From Escherichia coli (GTDB lineage Bacteria; Pseudomonadota; Gammaproteobacteria; Enterobacterales; Enterobacteriaceae), in assembly GCF_009931435.1 (NCBI RefSeq), contig NZ_CP043414.1: a stretch of 64,000 bases of DNA; one strand, 5' to 3'. The position numbers and the translations under genes were made by a program. The notes beneath the pieces were generated by a model. That model did not search any database, was not told where the DNA came from, and worked only from the letters and a program-made list of their open reading frames with translations. Below, in pieces: positions 21,479 to 31,467 of this stretch (positions within the stretch are counted from its first letter, which is position 1; each line of letters begins with the position of its first letter).

Positions 21479-21793
21479 ATGACGACACCAACCAGACGGA
21501 TAAGTTTCTATCTGAAGCCCGCCGTCGTCAAGAGCGAACGGGAGGCGTGCAGTTACCTCGACAGCCTGCCAGCCTCCGAACGCAGCCGCGCACAACGCGC
21601 GGCTTTTCTGGCCGGACTGGCTCTTATAAAACGCACCCCCGCGTTGGCGTATTCGCTGGCAGAATGGTCAGAAGACGAAATACGGATGCCACCGCTACCA
21701 GTACAGCCTGAAAAACCGGCGCAACCAGCAGCAGACAGCGCCCCCCATATGCAGCAGGTGAAAAAGAATATTCAGGCGTTTTTCCCGAAGTGA
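21479..21793 (+). CDS. parR: ParR/StbB-like centromere-binding protein (104 aa)
   Basis: Immediately downstream of parM; AGGAG RBS; N-terminal RRISFYLKP resembles R1 ParR. Confidence 0.65.
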   Translation: MTTPTRRISFYLKPAVVKSEREACSYLDSLPASERSRAQRAAFLAGLALIKRTPALAYSLAEWSEDEIRMPPLPVQPEKPAQPAADSAPHMQQVKKNIQAFFPK

Positions 21794-21807
21794 AAACAGG
21801 AGTAACT

Positions 21808-22095
21808 ATGTCCACCATTACCAAAGAATGGTTACAACGTAAAATCACAGAGTTTAAATCGTGGCGCGAAGACATCCCGTTCGGTCTTGATGAAGACGAT
21901 CACAATATGTTAATCGCACTGGAAATCGCACTTGCATCACTGGAAGCAGAGCCAGTGGCATGGATGCACGCAAATAATCCTATTGGAATACCGGCGATAA
22001 CAAGAAGTAAAGATGTTGCAGACAGCTGGCGCTCTAAGGGATGGAATGTATTGCCTCTTTATTCACTGACCCGCTCCATCAATTTATGCCATTAA
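21808..22095 (+). CDS. Hypothetical protein (95 aa)
   Basis: ORF starting MSTITKEWLQRK. Confidence 0.4.
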   Translation: MSTITKEWLQRKITEFKSWREDIPFGLDEDDHNMLIALEIALASLEAEPVAWMHANNPIGIPAITRSKDVADSWRSKGWNVLPLYSLTRSINLCH

Positions 22096-22106
22096 TGGAA
22101 GTAATC

Positions 22107-22466
22107 ATGATGAAAGATAATTCCGGAAGCCAGCGTGCATCAGTTGCAGTTATGGTAATGATTAAATTTGTGAAACAGTACACCGGAAAGCCAATCTCGC
22201 TCCGGCAATTAAGCAAAGAAACCGTTTCACTGTCATATCTGGAGCAAATATTCAGATATTTACGGGAAAGTAGCCTGGTAAAAGCCACACGCGGCCCGGG
22301 TGGTGGATATATCCCGACAAAAGAAAATTACAGTGTTGGTGATATTGTCCGGGCAATGAAATGTTCCGGATTATATACACAGCACGTTATTCTGGCTGCA
22401 CTGGATAATATTTCTTTAACCAGCCTGCAGGAAGACACAAATTATCAGTTGTCTGCCATTGAATAA
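22107..22466 (+). CDS. Rrf2-family-like transcriptional regulator (short, 119 aa)
   Basis: LSYLEQIFRYLRESSLVKATRGPGGGY matches the Rrf2/IscR HTH signature. Confidence 0.55.
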   Translation: MMKDNSGSQRASVAVMVMIKFVKQYTGKPISLRQLSKETVSLSYLEQIFRYLRESSLVKATRGPGGGYIPTKENYSVGDIVRAMKCSGLYTQHVILAALDNISLTSLQEDTNYQLSAIE

Positions 22467-22534
22467 GAAAACCCGGAACGGGTGCGCAAATTCTTTGTGC
22501 GCCCGTTCCGGGTTGGACAAGCGAAGCGCGTCAG

Positions 22535-22792
22535 CTATCCGGCCTGCAACAACTCCAGAGCCATTTGTTTTTCTTCCGGACGCATCCGCTCAATCAACAG
22601 CTTTAACACACCATTCTCCAGCCCGCTGGGCACCAGTGTGTGCGAGTAGGTCAGATTCATCACCCAGGTATGTCCGCACTCGAGACGGGTGCAACGGTAA
22701 TACACATCAGCAAACTGATCGGTTTTCCAGGCTGTTTTCTCAATCACTGCATGTGCACCGCAGCAATGACATCGCGCTTTCTGTCTGCGCAT
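22535..22792 (-). CDS. Ogr/Delta-family zinc-finger late-gene activator (start at internal Met)
   Basis: CxCC...YYRC...CGH pattern similar to P2 Ogr; adjacent to the late operon. Confidence 0.65.
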   Translation of the reverse strand: MRRQKARCHCCGAHAVIEKTAWKTDQFADVYYRCTRLECGHTWVMNLTYSHTLVPSGLENGVLKLLIERMRPEEKQMALELLQAG

Positions 22793-22857
22793 TTTCCACC
22801 TCCCGGAACAGCGTTTTACTGCCACCGATTTTACCCGCTCTTTCCCCATACCGCACA

Positions 22858-23892
22858 TCACTCCATGGGTTCATCAAAATCAAGAATAAATTTCACCTCC
22901 CCCAGTCGTCTGATATCCGGGTCGCTGTTGATCCCCTCCATAATCAGGCGGCGCATCGGGATAACCTCATCCCTGTAATATGCCTCGCGGGATTTCAGTG
23001 GGTCACCAAGCCCGGCCGTATTTGCGGGAATGATGCCGGCAAGCCCGGGTGGAAAACGGTGCGCAACGAGCTGATCCTGGGCACTGATAGTTTTTATATT
23101 CAGGAACTCATCTTTTGTACCTGAATCTCCGATAGGGATCACCTTAACGCCTTCTTTGTCTCCGCCAGGTATATTGATAAACATGGATTTAAAATTGCCC
23201 GCCCCTTTTGACGCCTCTATCTTTTTACGGAATTCCGCCTCGAGCTCGGGATCCATGTCCGGGTCAGTGGAATACAGGATATAACCAAGATGTGCGCCGT
23301 TCTTGTAATACTTGCGGCGAAAGCGGGTGGCATCCACATTCAGCATGGCAGATTCCATCCCGTGAATATAATCCGGGACACCGTAAACCTGCTGTTGCGG
23401 GTCATAAATGGCCACGAACACTACTTCGCCTGGCGGGTAAACGAGATCTTCCAGTGCCGCCTGCACAATCACCGTGCCACCCTCGTTGTTACGCCGCAGG
23501 TACAGAGAAGGTAACGTATGCAGGCGCACCACTCGACCGAAGCCATTGCGCACTTTAAGCAACCCCATATCCCCGAATATCAGCAGATTGGTTACTGCTG
23601 CCGCCATGGCGGCGTGTGTCATACCACCACCCCCCCGAAAACCCTGCATGATCATATTGACGCGCGCACGCAATACCGCGCCGTGATACGGTGCGATATT
23701 GGACAACATGGCGAGATCCATGCGCTCAATGGGCGGCGTGTACCAGCCGTTATAGCCATCCCAGAGCGAGCCGTAATAACAGCCCCATGCAGCGACCGGT
23801 TCCGGGTCACCAAATTCAATAAAAGTCATTTTGCTGGCTGTTTTTTTTGCCACGCCATCGTGTAACACGGGGTATTTTTTCTTTTTACTCAT
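22858..23892 (-). CDS. Portal protein (P2 gpQ-like, 344 aa)
   Basis: Size and position next to terminase large subunit, divergent from scaffold/capsid. Confidence 0.75.
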   Translation of the reverse strand: MSKKKKYPVLHDGVAKKTASKMTFIEFGDPEPVAAWGCYYGSLWDGYNGWYTPPIERMDLAMLSNIAPYHGAVLRARVNMIMQGFRGGGGMTHAAMAAAVTNLLIFGDMGLLKVRNGFGRVVRLHTLPSLYLRRNNEGGTVIVQAALEDLVYPPGEVVFVAIYDPQQQVYGVPDYIHGMESAMLNVDATRFRRKYYKNGAHLGYILYSTDPDMDPELEAEFRKKIEASKGAGNFKSMFINIPGGDKEGVKVIPIGDSGTKDEFLNIKTISAQDQLVAHRFPPGLAGIIPANTAGLGDPLKSREAYYRDEVIPMRRLIMEGINSDPDIRRLGEVKFILDFDEPME

Positions 23893-25672
23893 CTGACAGG
23901 ATCCATGTTGATTTGCGCTTGTGCTTATAGTTCAGGGGTTCATTACTTGCGGCATGAGCTATGGCAAAGAAGATGTCAGCGTGCCCGGTTTCTTCGCTAC
24001 GTTCGGCGGTGAAAGTGACTTTATTGCCGCTGTTGGTGGATTCCTGACGAATGGCCAGGAACGATGCCGGAATATCCGTGGCTTCTTCATCCCACTCAAT
24101 ACGGTTGGCGTAAATCAGATCCAGCATCTTCATCACCAGGCGGTTTTTGGATTCCACGCTGTAATGAATGGCCACTGTTTCACGGCGGGCAAATCCCTGA
24201 ACCAGCTCAAAGACACCGTAGCCAAGACCGGTGACGTCAATGCCGATAAATGTCATGTTATAGCGCGCCTTAATGCTGCGGATACGCTCTGCCATAAACT
24301 GGAATGACATGCTGCGCCAGTGGTGTTTTTCCAGCACGCGGAATCGTTCTGCCGCAACCAGCGGCGGTGCCAGCACAACAAATGTGGCGTTATCGCCGGA
24401 GCGCGCAGGGTCAAAGCCGCCCCACACTTCACGGTTACCAAATGGCATGGGCTCTTCCGGGTGAAAATCCTCCCACGTACTGACATCAACACCACAACGC
24501 ACAAGATCATCGAATTTAAAGACGCTCTCTTTGTCATCCACAAACACACACATAAACAGCATATTGAACGCTGTTTCGTTGTATCGCTCGCGCAGCTCGT
24601 TGATGTCAGCAAGGTTAAAGCCGCCGGCAATGGCATCTTCCAGCGTAACCACATAGCGCCACTGACCATCCGGACATTCACGCCCACCATCGCGCAGCTC
24701 ATCAAAGGACGGAAACTCAACCCCTTTTCGTTTCGGATCGCCTTTGCGCCATTCATCGCCAGACCAGAACGGGTAACCCTGGTGTGTTTTGGATGACGGC
24801 GTGGAGAAATAGGTAATGCGCCAGTGTTTATGGGTGGCCATCCCTGATGCCACTTCATTGAGACGGCGAAAACCGGGGATCCACAGGTATTCATCAATAT
24901 ACAGGTGGCCGCTGTTTGACTGCGCTGTGTTACTGTTGGTCGCCAGAAAATACAGTTCAGCCAGATTACTTAACTTAACCGGATTGCCTTTAATGGGAAT
25001 GCCAAACTCTGTTTGTGCAATTTTTACAATATAAGTACGGAACACTTCGGCCTGACGTTTTGATGCCGATAAAAATATCTGTGTGTCGCCGGTTAATACT
25101 GCATCTTCAAATGCCTCAAACGCGAAGTAATACGTCGCCCCAATCTGGCGGGATTTAAGCAGGTTGCGTACACGGCGGAATTTGTTTTCACGCAGATGCA
25201 ACTGATAAGCAAACAACTTTTTCGTAAACGGCTCAAAACTTTCAGCAGTCAGTCCGGAAACGTCATTAGCTTTGCGGGGGCGCTCTTTCTTACCTGCACC
25301 TTTTTCTCCGCGTTCTTCTTTTCCATAACGACCAGACTGGGGAATATCCGCTCCCATTCGTTCAATCTCGGCCATTCGTTCCGTGTGCTTGTTCCTGACC
25401 GACATCAGTTTGACATGATGACCAATCAGGCGATCGAGTTCATCGTGCTCTTCCGGCGTTTTATGATCACGCTCCGCCAGTACAGCGAGACGACGGGCGA
25501 TAACATCCTCCACGCCTTCAGTATTAAGCTGTGTGTACCACTCAAACTTTGTCGCCCAGTAATAAACAATTCGCGGGCTGTTCAGTCCGAGCTTCTTTTG
25601 TATTTCTTTTGGTGTGTGTCTTTTCAGATAGAGCGATTTTGCAGCAGCAATCACCTCATCAGAATACGCCAT
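23885..25672 (-). CDS. Terminase large (ATPase) subunit, P2 gpP-like
   Basis: 595 aa; ATPase motif region; gene order. Confidence 0.85.
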   Translation of the reverse strand: MAYSDEVIAAAKSLYLKRHTPKEIQKKLGLNSPRIVYYWATKFEWYTQLNTEGVEDVIARRLAVLAERDHKTPEEHDELDRLIGHHVKLMSVRNKHTERMAEIERMGADIPQSGRYGKEERGEKGAGKKERPRKANDVSGLTAESFEPFTKKLFAYQLHLRENKFRRVRNLLKSRQIGATYYFAFEAFEDAVLTGDTQIFLSASKRQAEVFRTYIVKIAQTEFGIPIKGNPVKLSNLAELYFLATNSNTAQSNSGHLYIDEYLWIPGFRRLNEVASGMATHKHWRITYFSTPSSKTHQGYPFWSGDEWRKGDPKRKGVEFPSFDELRDGGRECPDGQWRYVVTLEDAIAGGFNLADINELRERYNETAFNMLFMCVFVDDKESVFKFDDLVRCGVDVSTWEDFHPEEPMPFGNREVWGGFDPARSGDNATFVVLAPPLVAAERFRVLEKHHWRSMSFQFMAERIRSIKARYNMTFIGIDVTGLGYGVFELVQGFARRETVAIHYSVESKNRLVMKMLDLIYANRIEWDEEATDIPASFLAIRQESTNSGNKVTFTAERSEETGHADIFFAIAHAASNEPLNYKHKRKSTWILSDE

Positions 25673-25866
25673 AAATAAACCTCACCTGCTGATGCAATTT
25701 TAATTTATGCATTTTCAGCAAAGGATTTTTTAAAAACGAATATCGCTTTTCGGTATTTTTCGGATATATACGCATATCCGAAAGTACCGGAAATTAATCA
25801 GATGACGACATTTTTATTTCTCCGTTAAATAACGCCAGTTTAATTTTTATCAGCGGGTTAATTCAG

Positions 25867-26757
25867 ATGTCGAAACTGAAAACAGACTGGGTGGTCGTAG
25901 CCACTTCAGGCCCCACCATCGACGGTCGGGAAATTGATCCAAAGTGGCTGACGGATGCCGCCGAGGTTTATAACCCGGACGAACACACCGCCATGCTCTG
26001 GCCGTTTCATGCCAGCGCCGGCTGGCGTGCTTTCACCAATAACTATGGTCTTGTTGATGCACTGAAGGCGGAAAAAGTCGGTGATAAAGTGCAGCTGAAA
26101 GCCCGCCTGATACCCAACCGCTTTCTGACCGAAGCCAACGAGGCTGGACAAAAACTTTTCACCTCCATAGAGGTAAAGGAAAACTACCTGGGAACAGGCA
26201 AATTCTTTGTATCCGGTATCGCTGTGACTGACACACCGGCCAGCATCAACACCACCCGCCTGCAATTTTCGCAGGGAGATTCCATTCACATGGGGAATGC
26301 AGAAGAACTGAATTTCACGCTGCAGTCTGACGACGAGCAGGCCAAACGCAGTTTCTTTTCCGGCCTTTTCTCCGTGGGACGCAACAAACAGGAAAACGAT
26401 ATGAACGAAAAACAGTTCGGCCAGTTGATGGACGCTATCAACAAAACCGGCGAACGCCTGGACAAACTGGAAGAAAACGTCGCGCAGTTCAGCGCGAAGG
26501 ATGCCCCGAAAGATACCAGTGATAACAAGCCGGAAGGCAGCACCGGCGATCAGGGGCAGGACAACGCAGAACAGAACAACAAGGACGACAAAACCTTCAC
26601 GCTGACCACCGAGCAGGGCGAAAAGCTGTTCTCCACAGTGAACGCCATCGCGGAGAAGGTTACCAGTATGGAAACCGCATTTGCTGAACTCAGCAAGGAC
26701 GCCACGAAGCTGCCGGGCAACAATCCGGCCGGTGGCGAAACTTTTAACCTGGTGTAA
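25867..26757 (+). CDS. Capsid scaffolding protein / protease, P2 gpO-like
   Basis: GPTIDGREI and GIAVTDTPAS blocks match P2 gpO as recalled; acidic coiled-coil C-terminus. Confidence 0.85.
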   Translation: MSKLKTDWVVVATSGPTIDGREIDPKWLTDAAEVYNPDEHTAMLWPFHASAGWRAFTNNYGLVDALKAEKVGDKVQLKARLIPNRFLTEANEAGQKLFTSIEVKENYLGTGKFFVSGIAVTDTPASINTTRLQFSQGDSIHMGNAEELNFTLQSDDEQAKRSFFSGLFSVGRNKQENDMNEKQFGQLMDAINKTGERLDKLEENVAQFSAKDAPKDTSDNKPEGSTGDQGQDNAEQNNKDDKTFTLTTEQGEKLFSTVNAIAEKVTSMETAFAELSKDATKLPGNNPAGGETFNLV

Positions 26758-26771
26758 CCGGAGAGAACGCA

Positions 26772-27785
26772 ATGAACATGACACCAGAAGCACAAAAGCT
26801 GGTTAATCAGTACATCAGCGAACTGCAAAAAACATTCAGTGACTGCGGGAAATCAAGCGATCGTTTCTTTTCGCTGACCGAGCCACGCAGTATTGCTCTG
26901 CATAAAGCCCTGCTGGAAAGCACGGAGTTTCTGAGTTTCATCACCTGCATGGACGTTCCGCACCCGCAGGGGCAGGTCGTCACCGTGGGCGAATCCACAC
27001 TGCGCACCGGTCGCGTGAAAAGCGGTCGTTTCGCTAAAGGTTCGGGCATCAAAGGCAACGAATTTAAACTCGTTGAAACTGATTCCTGCTGCGTGATCAC
27101 CTGGGAACAACTCGCCATCTGGGCGAATGCCGGCAGCCCGCAGGAATTTTTCAACCTGATGAACTCCGCCGCCGTCACCAACTTTGCGCTGGATATGCTG
27201 CGCATTGGCTTTAACGGTAAAACAGCAGCGGAAAACTCTGACCCGGAAAGTCACCCGAACGGCGAAGACGTCAACATCGGCTGGCATGAAATCGCCAAAA
27301 AGTGGGGAGAACAGCCCGGCAATACCTCCCGTATTCTGACAGACGCCGTTACCCTGGGCGAAGGCGGCGATTATGTCGGTCTTGATGCCATGGCCTCAGA
27401 CCTGATCCGCACTTACATCCCGGCACAGTATCACAACGACCCACGACTTACCGTACTGGTCGGCGCAGACCTTGTGGCTGCTGAAGAACTACGCCTCTAC
27501 AACAAAGAGGATAAGCCTACCGAAAAAGTGGCCGCACAGTTGCTGACGAAGAACATTGCAGGCCGCAAGGCCATCATTCCGCCGTTTATGCCGGGCAAAC
27601 GTATGGTGGTGACCATGCTGCCAAACCTGCAGATCCTGACGCTGAAAGGCTCCCGCCGCCGCAAGGCAGAAGATGTGGGCGATCGCAAACAGTTCGAAAA
27701 CTCATACTGGCGTTACGAGGGGTACGCCCTGGGCGATCCGGATTTATATGCTGCCGTAGATGAGTCTGCGGTCACCATCGCCTGA
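26772..27785 (+). CDS. Major capsid protein, P2 gpN-like
   Basis: Blocks IGFNGK and LGEGGDYVGLDAMASD match P2 gpN. Confidence 0.9.
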   Translation: MNMTPEAQKLVNQYISELQKTFSDCGKSSDRFFSLTEPRSIALHKALLESTEFLSFITCMDVPHPQGQVVTVGESTLRTGRVKSGRFAKGSGIKGNEFKLVETDSCCVITWEQLAIWANAGSPQEFFNLMNSAAVTNFALDMLRIGFNGKTAAENSDPESHPNGEDVNIGWHEIAKKWGEQPGNTSRILTDAVTLGEGGDYVGLDAMASDLIRTYIPAQYHNDPRLTVLVGADLVAAEELRLYNKEDKPTEKVAAQLLTKNIAGRKAIIPPFMPGKRMVVTMLPNLQILTLKGSRRRKAEDVGDRKQFENSYWRYEGYALGDPDLYAAVDESAVTIA

Positions 27786-27802
27786 TAAACGGAGCGCACG
27801 GT

Positions 27803-28513
27803 ATGCCAACGCCAATGCAGCGACAACGTGCCCGACAGATGGATGAGCGCCGTGCGGCGCTCATGACCAGAACGGACGGGAGCGCCATCAGCACAGAGAG
27901 TCAGCACATTAAGCTGCTGGCACTGGATAACGACATCAGACAACTGCACAACATGGAGCTGCTGTCTGACAAGCTGGAATTCAAACGGAACACGCTGCTG
28001 CCCCGCTGGCTGCCACACGCACAGGCTTATCTGGAGGGGGAACGCGTCTATCAGAATCCCATTCTGGTGTACTGCATCATCTGGCTGTTCGATACCGGGC
28101 AGTTTGAGATGGCGCTGCGGTGGGCTGACATTGCCATTGAGCAGGGGCAAAAGACGCCGGAGAACTTCAAAAGCGAGCTGCCAACGTTTGTGGCCCATTT
28201 CATTCTTGAATGGGCAGAAACCGAAGCTGAACGTGGGAACAGTATCGCGCCATATTTTCAGCAGGTGTTTGAAAAAATCCGTGACAAATGGCGCGTGAAT
28301 GAACGCCTTGCTGCCCGCTACTGGCGCTTTGCAGGCGTCCTGCTGCTGCGCGGCGATGACGGTAAACCGCTGGCCAGTGCAATTAACGATCCGGAGAGAC
28401 TGCAACAGGCCGACCAGTGTCTGGAACAGGCTGCCTGGCTGCATCCAAAAATTCAGGTGAAAACCCTGCGCCAGCGCATTGCCGCAAGACTGCGCGCGTT
28501 GCAGGGCACGTAA
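27803..28513 (+). CDS. Terminase small / endonuclease subunit, P2 gpM-like
   Basis: Gene order after capsid; 236 aa. Confidence 0.75.
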   Translation: MPTPMQRQRARQMDERRAALMTRTDGSAISTESQHIKLLALDNDIRQLHNMELLSDKLEFKRNTLLPRWLPHAQAYLEGERVYQNPILVYCIIWLFDTGQFEMALRWADIAIEQGQKTPENFKSELPTFVAHFILEWAETEAERGNSIAPYFQQVFEKIRDKWRVNERLAARYWRFAGVLLLRGDDGKPLASAINDPERLQQADQCLEQAAWLHPKIQVKTLRQRIAARLRALQGT

Positions 28514-28611
28514 ACGACTCCCAACAACCGGGCGGGCGCGGTGGAGGTGTGCCGGCAAAAGCCATCAGCACACTGCGGAAACCGGTCAGCCCGCCTTTCC
28601 CCGGAGTGAGC

Positions 28612-29106
28612 ATGTTTGACGGGAAAAGCATTCACTATCAGCAGGCCATTATTCAGAACGATGGATTCTGGCCGGATATTGATGCCGGCGATTTTGAAAA
28701 GAGCCGCAGCATCTCCGCCGTCACGTCACACGAAACGGTGCTGACGGCGCTGCTTTGCGCGGTAACAGAGATTAACACTGAACTGGCTGCACGCCGTGAA
28801 TACTGGCAGGAACAGGGCCACATCCGGGCCGCTGATATTCCGGGTTACACCGTGTTGCAACCAGAGCCGCGCAATACGGATGCACAACCTGAACGGATGC
28901 AGAACCACATTACAGCACTGTACACCAAGGCTGTATATGCCCGCGCAAAGGCCGATCTTTTGCCGGAATCTGCCAGCGTGGGGCGGCGCGAGGCGCAGCC
29001 ATCATCAGAAGCCAGCGAAAGCCGCCGGACGTTGCTGGCTGAAGCGGCCATGGCGGTGCGGGCGCTGCTGGGCCGACCGCGTGCATCCATCGCGCTGATT
29101 GATTAA
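28612..29106 (+). CDS. Head completion/stabilisation protein, P2 gpL-like (start at internal Met MFDGK)
   Basis: GGAGTGAG RBS; 164 aa; gene order. Confidence 0.7.
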   Translation: MFDGKSIHYQQAIIQNDGFWPDIDAGDFEKSRSISAVTSHETVLTALLCAVTEINTELAARREYWQEQGHIRAADIPGYTVLQPEPRNTDAQPERMQNHITALYTKAVYARAKADLLPESASVGRREAQPSSEASESRRTLLAEAAMAVRALLGRPRASIALID

Positions 29107-29115
29107 GGAAATGGT

Positions 29116-29589
29116 ATGACGCAACTCGCCAGCCTGACGGCATTCATTGAAAACAATCTGCCGGCACGCGCACGCATTCCGTTCACCAGTGACATGGATG
29201 ACATCACGCTCGTTCCGTTTACGAAGTCGCTGGGGCACGGGCAGTTATGTACGCAGGTCCGAAAATATACGGCTTTTCTGCGATGGGACGCATGGCCCTA
29301 TCGTCAGCTCAATCCGGATTTGGTGTTTTCTCTGGTTGAAGCCTGGCTGGCAGACAACGGCGGCGACCTGCGCCAGCGCCTGGCACCGGATGCGCCAGCC
29401 GTTGACGTCGAAGTGGATGATGAAAATGAAGTGGCATGGCTGGAAATCAGTCTGCCGCTGGTTGATCCCATCACCCTGGTTGAGGACGAAAACGGCCCCA
29501 TCCCCAGAGGCGGGAAACGTTACCAGCTGGAAAAGCCTGAAATCTGGGTGGCTCAGGCGCATCAGCTTCACTGCCAGGTGATGCCATGA
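29116..29589 (+). CDS. Putative head-tail joining / tail completion protein (157 aa)
   Basis: Position between head completion and sheath genes. Confidence 0.45.
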   Translation: MTQLASLTAFIENNLPARARIPFTSDMDDITLVPFTKSLGHGQLCTQVRKYTAFLRWDAWPYRQLNPDLVFSLVEAWLADNGGDLRQRLAPDAPAVDVEVDDENEVAWLEISLPLVDPITLVEDENGPIPRGGKRYQLEKPEIWVAQAHQLHCQVMP

Positions 29590-30299
29590 CGCGCCCCGTG
29601 ATTAACGAGTCACAACTCCGGCAGGTTCGTCGCGCCATCAGAGAGGCAGAACTTCCGCCGGCAAAGGCCAGAAAGCTGCTGGTTCGCATTGCGAAATACG
29701 GCCTGATACCGGCTGCACGACGCAATGTGAAAGCACAGCGAACACCGGAGGGGGCAGCCTGGGCACCACGAAAAAGACCGGATAAAGCCGGCGGCAGGTA
29801 TAAAAACAAAATGCTGCTGGGACTGCCGAAACTGCTGGCCATCAGGGTTGACGGCAGCGGGAAAAGTGTCCGCCTTTTCTTCAAAAAAGGGGATTACAAC
29901 ACCGGCTCTCATGGTGGGGCGGTCGCGTGGGTGCAACAGCACGGCGCAACCATCAAAGGCCGCGCCACAAAACGCCGGGACAGCGAAGCCATGCGCACCC
30001 GTCCCGCCACACGACGGCAGGCAGAACGCCTTCTTTCTCTGGGCTTTCGCGCCCCCGTCGGCGCAGTCAACAAAAAAAACGGACGCAGGGGACGCAGAAA
30101 GCCTTCTCTGAAATGGATTATGGAAAACATGAGTATGGCGCAGGCCGGACTGGTGATCAGCATTCTGAAAGGCGAGCAGAAAAAACGTGTATGGGAAATC
30201 AAAATCCCCTCCCGCGCATTTCTGGGAGCCAGCGATGCTGAATTTGCCCGCATTCTGGAAGCGCAGCTGCGCAGCCTGCATTACGGCGGCACGAGATAA
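29586..30299 (+). CDS. Putative virion morphogenesis / tail completion protein (237 aa)
   Basis: Translationally coupled; position before sheath. Confidence 0.45.
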   Translation: MTRPVINESQLRQVRRAIREAELPPAKARKLLVRIAKYGLIPAARRNVKAQRTPEGAAWAPRKRPDKAGGRYKNKMLLGLPKLLAIRVDGSGKSVRLFFKKGDYNTGSHGGAVAWVQQHGATIKGRATKRRDSEAMRTRPATRRQAERLLSLGFRAPVGAVNKKNGRRGRRKPSLKWIMENMSMAQAGLVISILKGEQKKRVWEIKIPSRAFLGASDAEFARILEAQLRSLHYGGTR

Positions 30300-30318
30300 C
30301 AAAATCAGGAGACAAACC

Positions 30319-31467
30319 ATGACATGGCCATCTGTCACGATTGAACAGTACAACACATTCAGCAGTTCACCGGACGGCGTGGAAAATACGCTGCTGTTTG
30401 TGGGCAATGCACAAAACAACAAAGGTGAGGTTCTGCCGGTTAATGCCAACAGCGATCTGGATGAGCTACTGGGAAAGAACGCCAGCCCGCTGAAGAACTT
30501 CCTTCAGTCTGCACTGACCAATGCCGGACAGAATGCCTTTTTCTATGTTGCCGTTCTGCCGGAAGCCGGCAAAGGCAAAGAAGCAACGCCAGCCTGCCAG
30601 GTATGGCAGAACGCCATACTGGCGGCTCAGGAAACTGTTTCAGTTGAAGGCGTGGTGATCACCGAGCCGGTCAGCACGAAGGATGACATCAACGCCATAC
30701 AGGCGTTACGTCAGACCATCATCAATAAATATCAGCGCCGCATCTGGTTCATCCTGACCATCGCCGCCAACGACAACAGTAAAACCTGGGCGGAATACGT
30801 TGCCGAACTGACCGCACTACAGAAAGGCATTGCAGCCCCGCAGGTCATGCTGGTTCCGGAGATTTTTGGATTTGAACCGGGCGTTCTTGCCGGTCGCCTG
30901 TGTAACAGCGCCGTCACCATTGCTGACAGTCCGGCACGTGTGGCAACCGGGCACCTGTCCGCACTGAAAACCACAGAACGCCCGAAAGACAGCACAGGGC
31001 AGGCAATTGATCTCGACACTCTGCAGGCACTGGCAACCGCCCGCTACAGCGTGCCCATGTGGTATGCCGACTATGACGGCCTTTACTGGGCTGACGGTGT
31101 AACACTTGAGGTGGAAGGCGGGGACTACAACGTCATTGAGCATGTCCGCATTGCTGATAAGGTGGCGCGCCGCGTGCGGCTGATGGCCATCCCCAAGATT
31201 GCCGACCGCTCGCTGAACAGCACGCCGGGCAGCATTGCCGCACATGAAACGCTGTTTGCCCGCCCACTGCGTGCCATGGCGAAATCCATGCAAATTAACG
31301 GCATCACGTTTCCGGGCGAAGTGAAATCGCCCCGGAAAGGCGACGTGGTTATCACCTGGCAGGACGAAAAGACGGTCAGCATCAGCATTGTCGTCCGCCC
31401 TTACGCCTGCCCTAAAACCATCAAAGTGGGCATTCAGCTGGATAAATCTCTGGAGGAAAACGCATGA
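30319..31467 (+). CDS. Tail sheath protein (382 aa, start at MTWPSVTIEQ)
   Basis: AGGAGA RBS; size; immediately upstream of tube gene. Confidence 0.65.
   Translation: MTWPSVTIEQYNTFSSSPDGVENTLLFVGNAQNNKGEVLPVNANSDLDELLGKNASPLKNFLQSALTNAGQNAFFYVAVLPEAGKGKEATPACQVWQNAILAAQETVSVEGVVITEPVSTKDDINAIQALRQTIINKYQRRIWFILTIAANDNSKTWAEYVAELTALQKGIAAPQVMLVPEIFGFEPGVLAGRLCNSAVTIADSPARVATGHLSALKTTERPKDSTGQAIDLDTLQALATARYSVPMWYADYDGLYWADGVTLEVEGGDYNVIEHVRIADKVARRVRLMAIPKIADRSLNSTPGSIAAHETLFARPLRAMAKSMQINGITFPGEVKSPRKGDVVITWQDEKTVSISIVVRPYACPKTIKVGIQLDKSLEENA

Noticed and set aside
25906-26793. 295-aa minus-strand ORF opposite the scaffold gene, and similar antisense ORFs across capsid, rep, terminase and clpB genes
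   Set aside because: Each is fully contained within a strongly supported gene on the other strand and has no independent signal.
28417-28611. N-terminal 65-codon extension of the head completion ORF
   Set aside because: It overlaps the end of the terminase small subunit gene; the internal Met at 28612 has a good RBS and gives a gpL-sized product.
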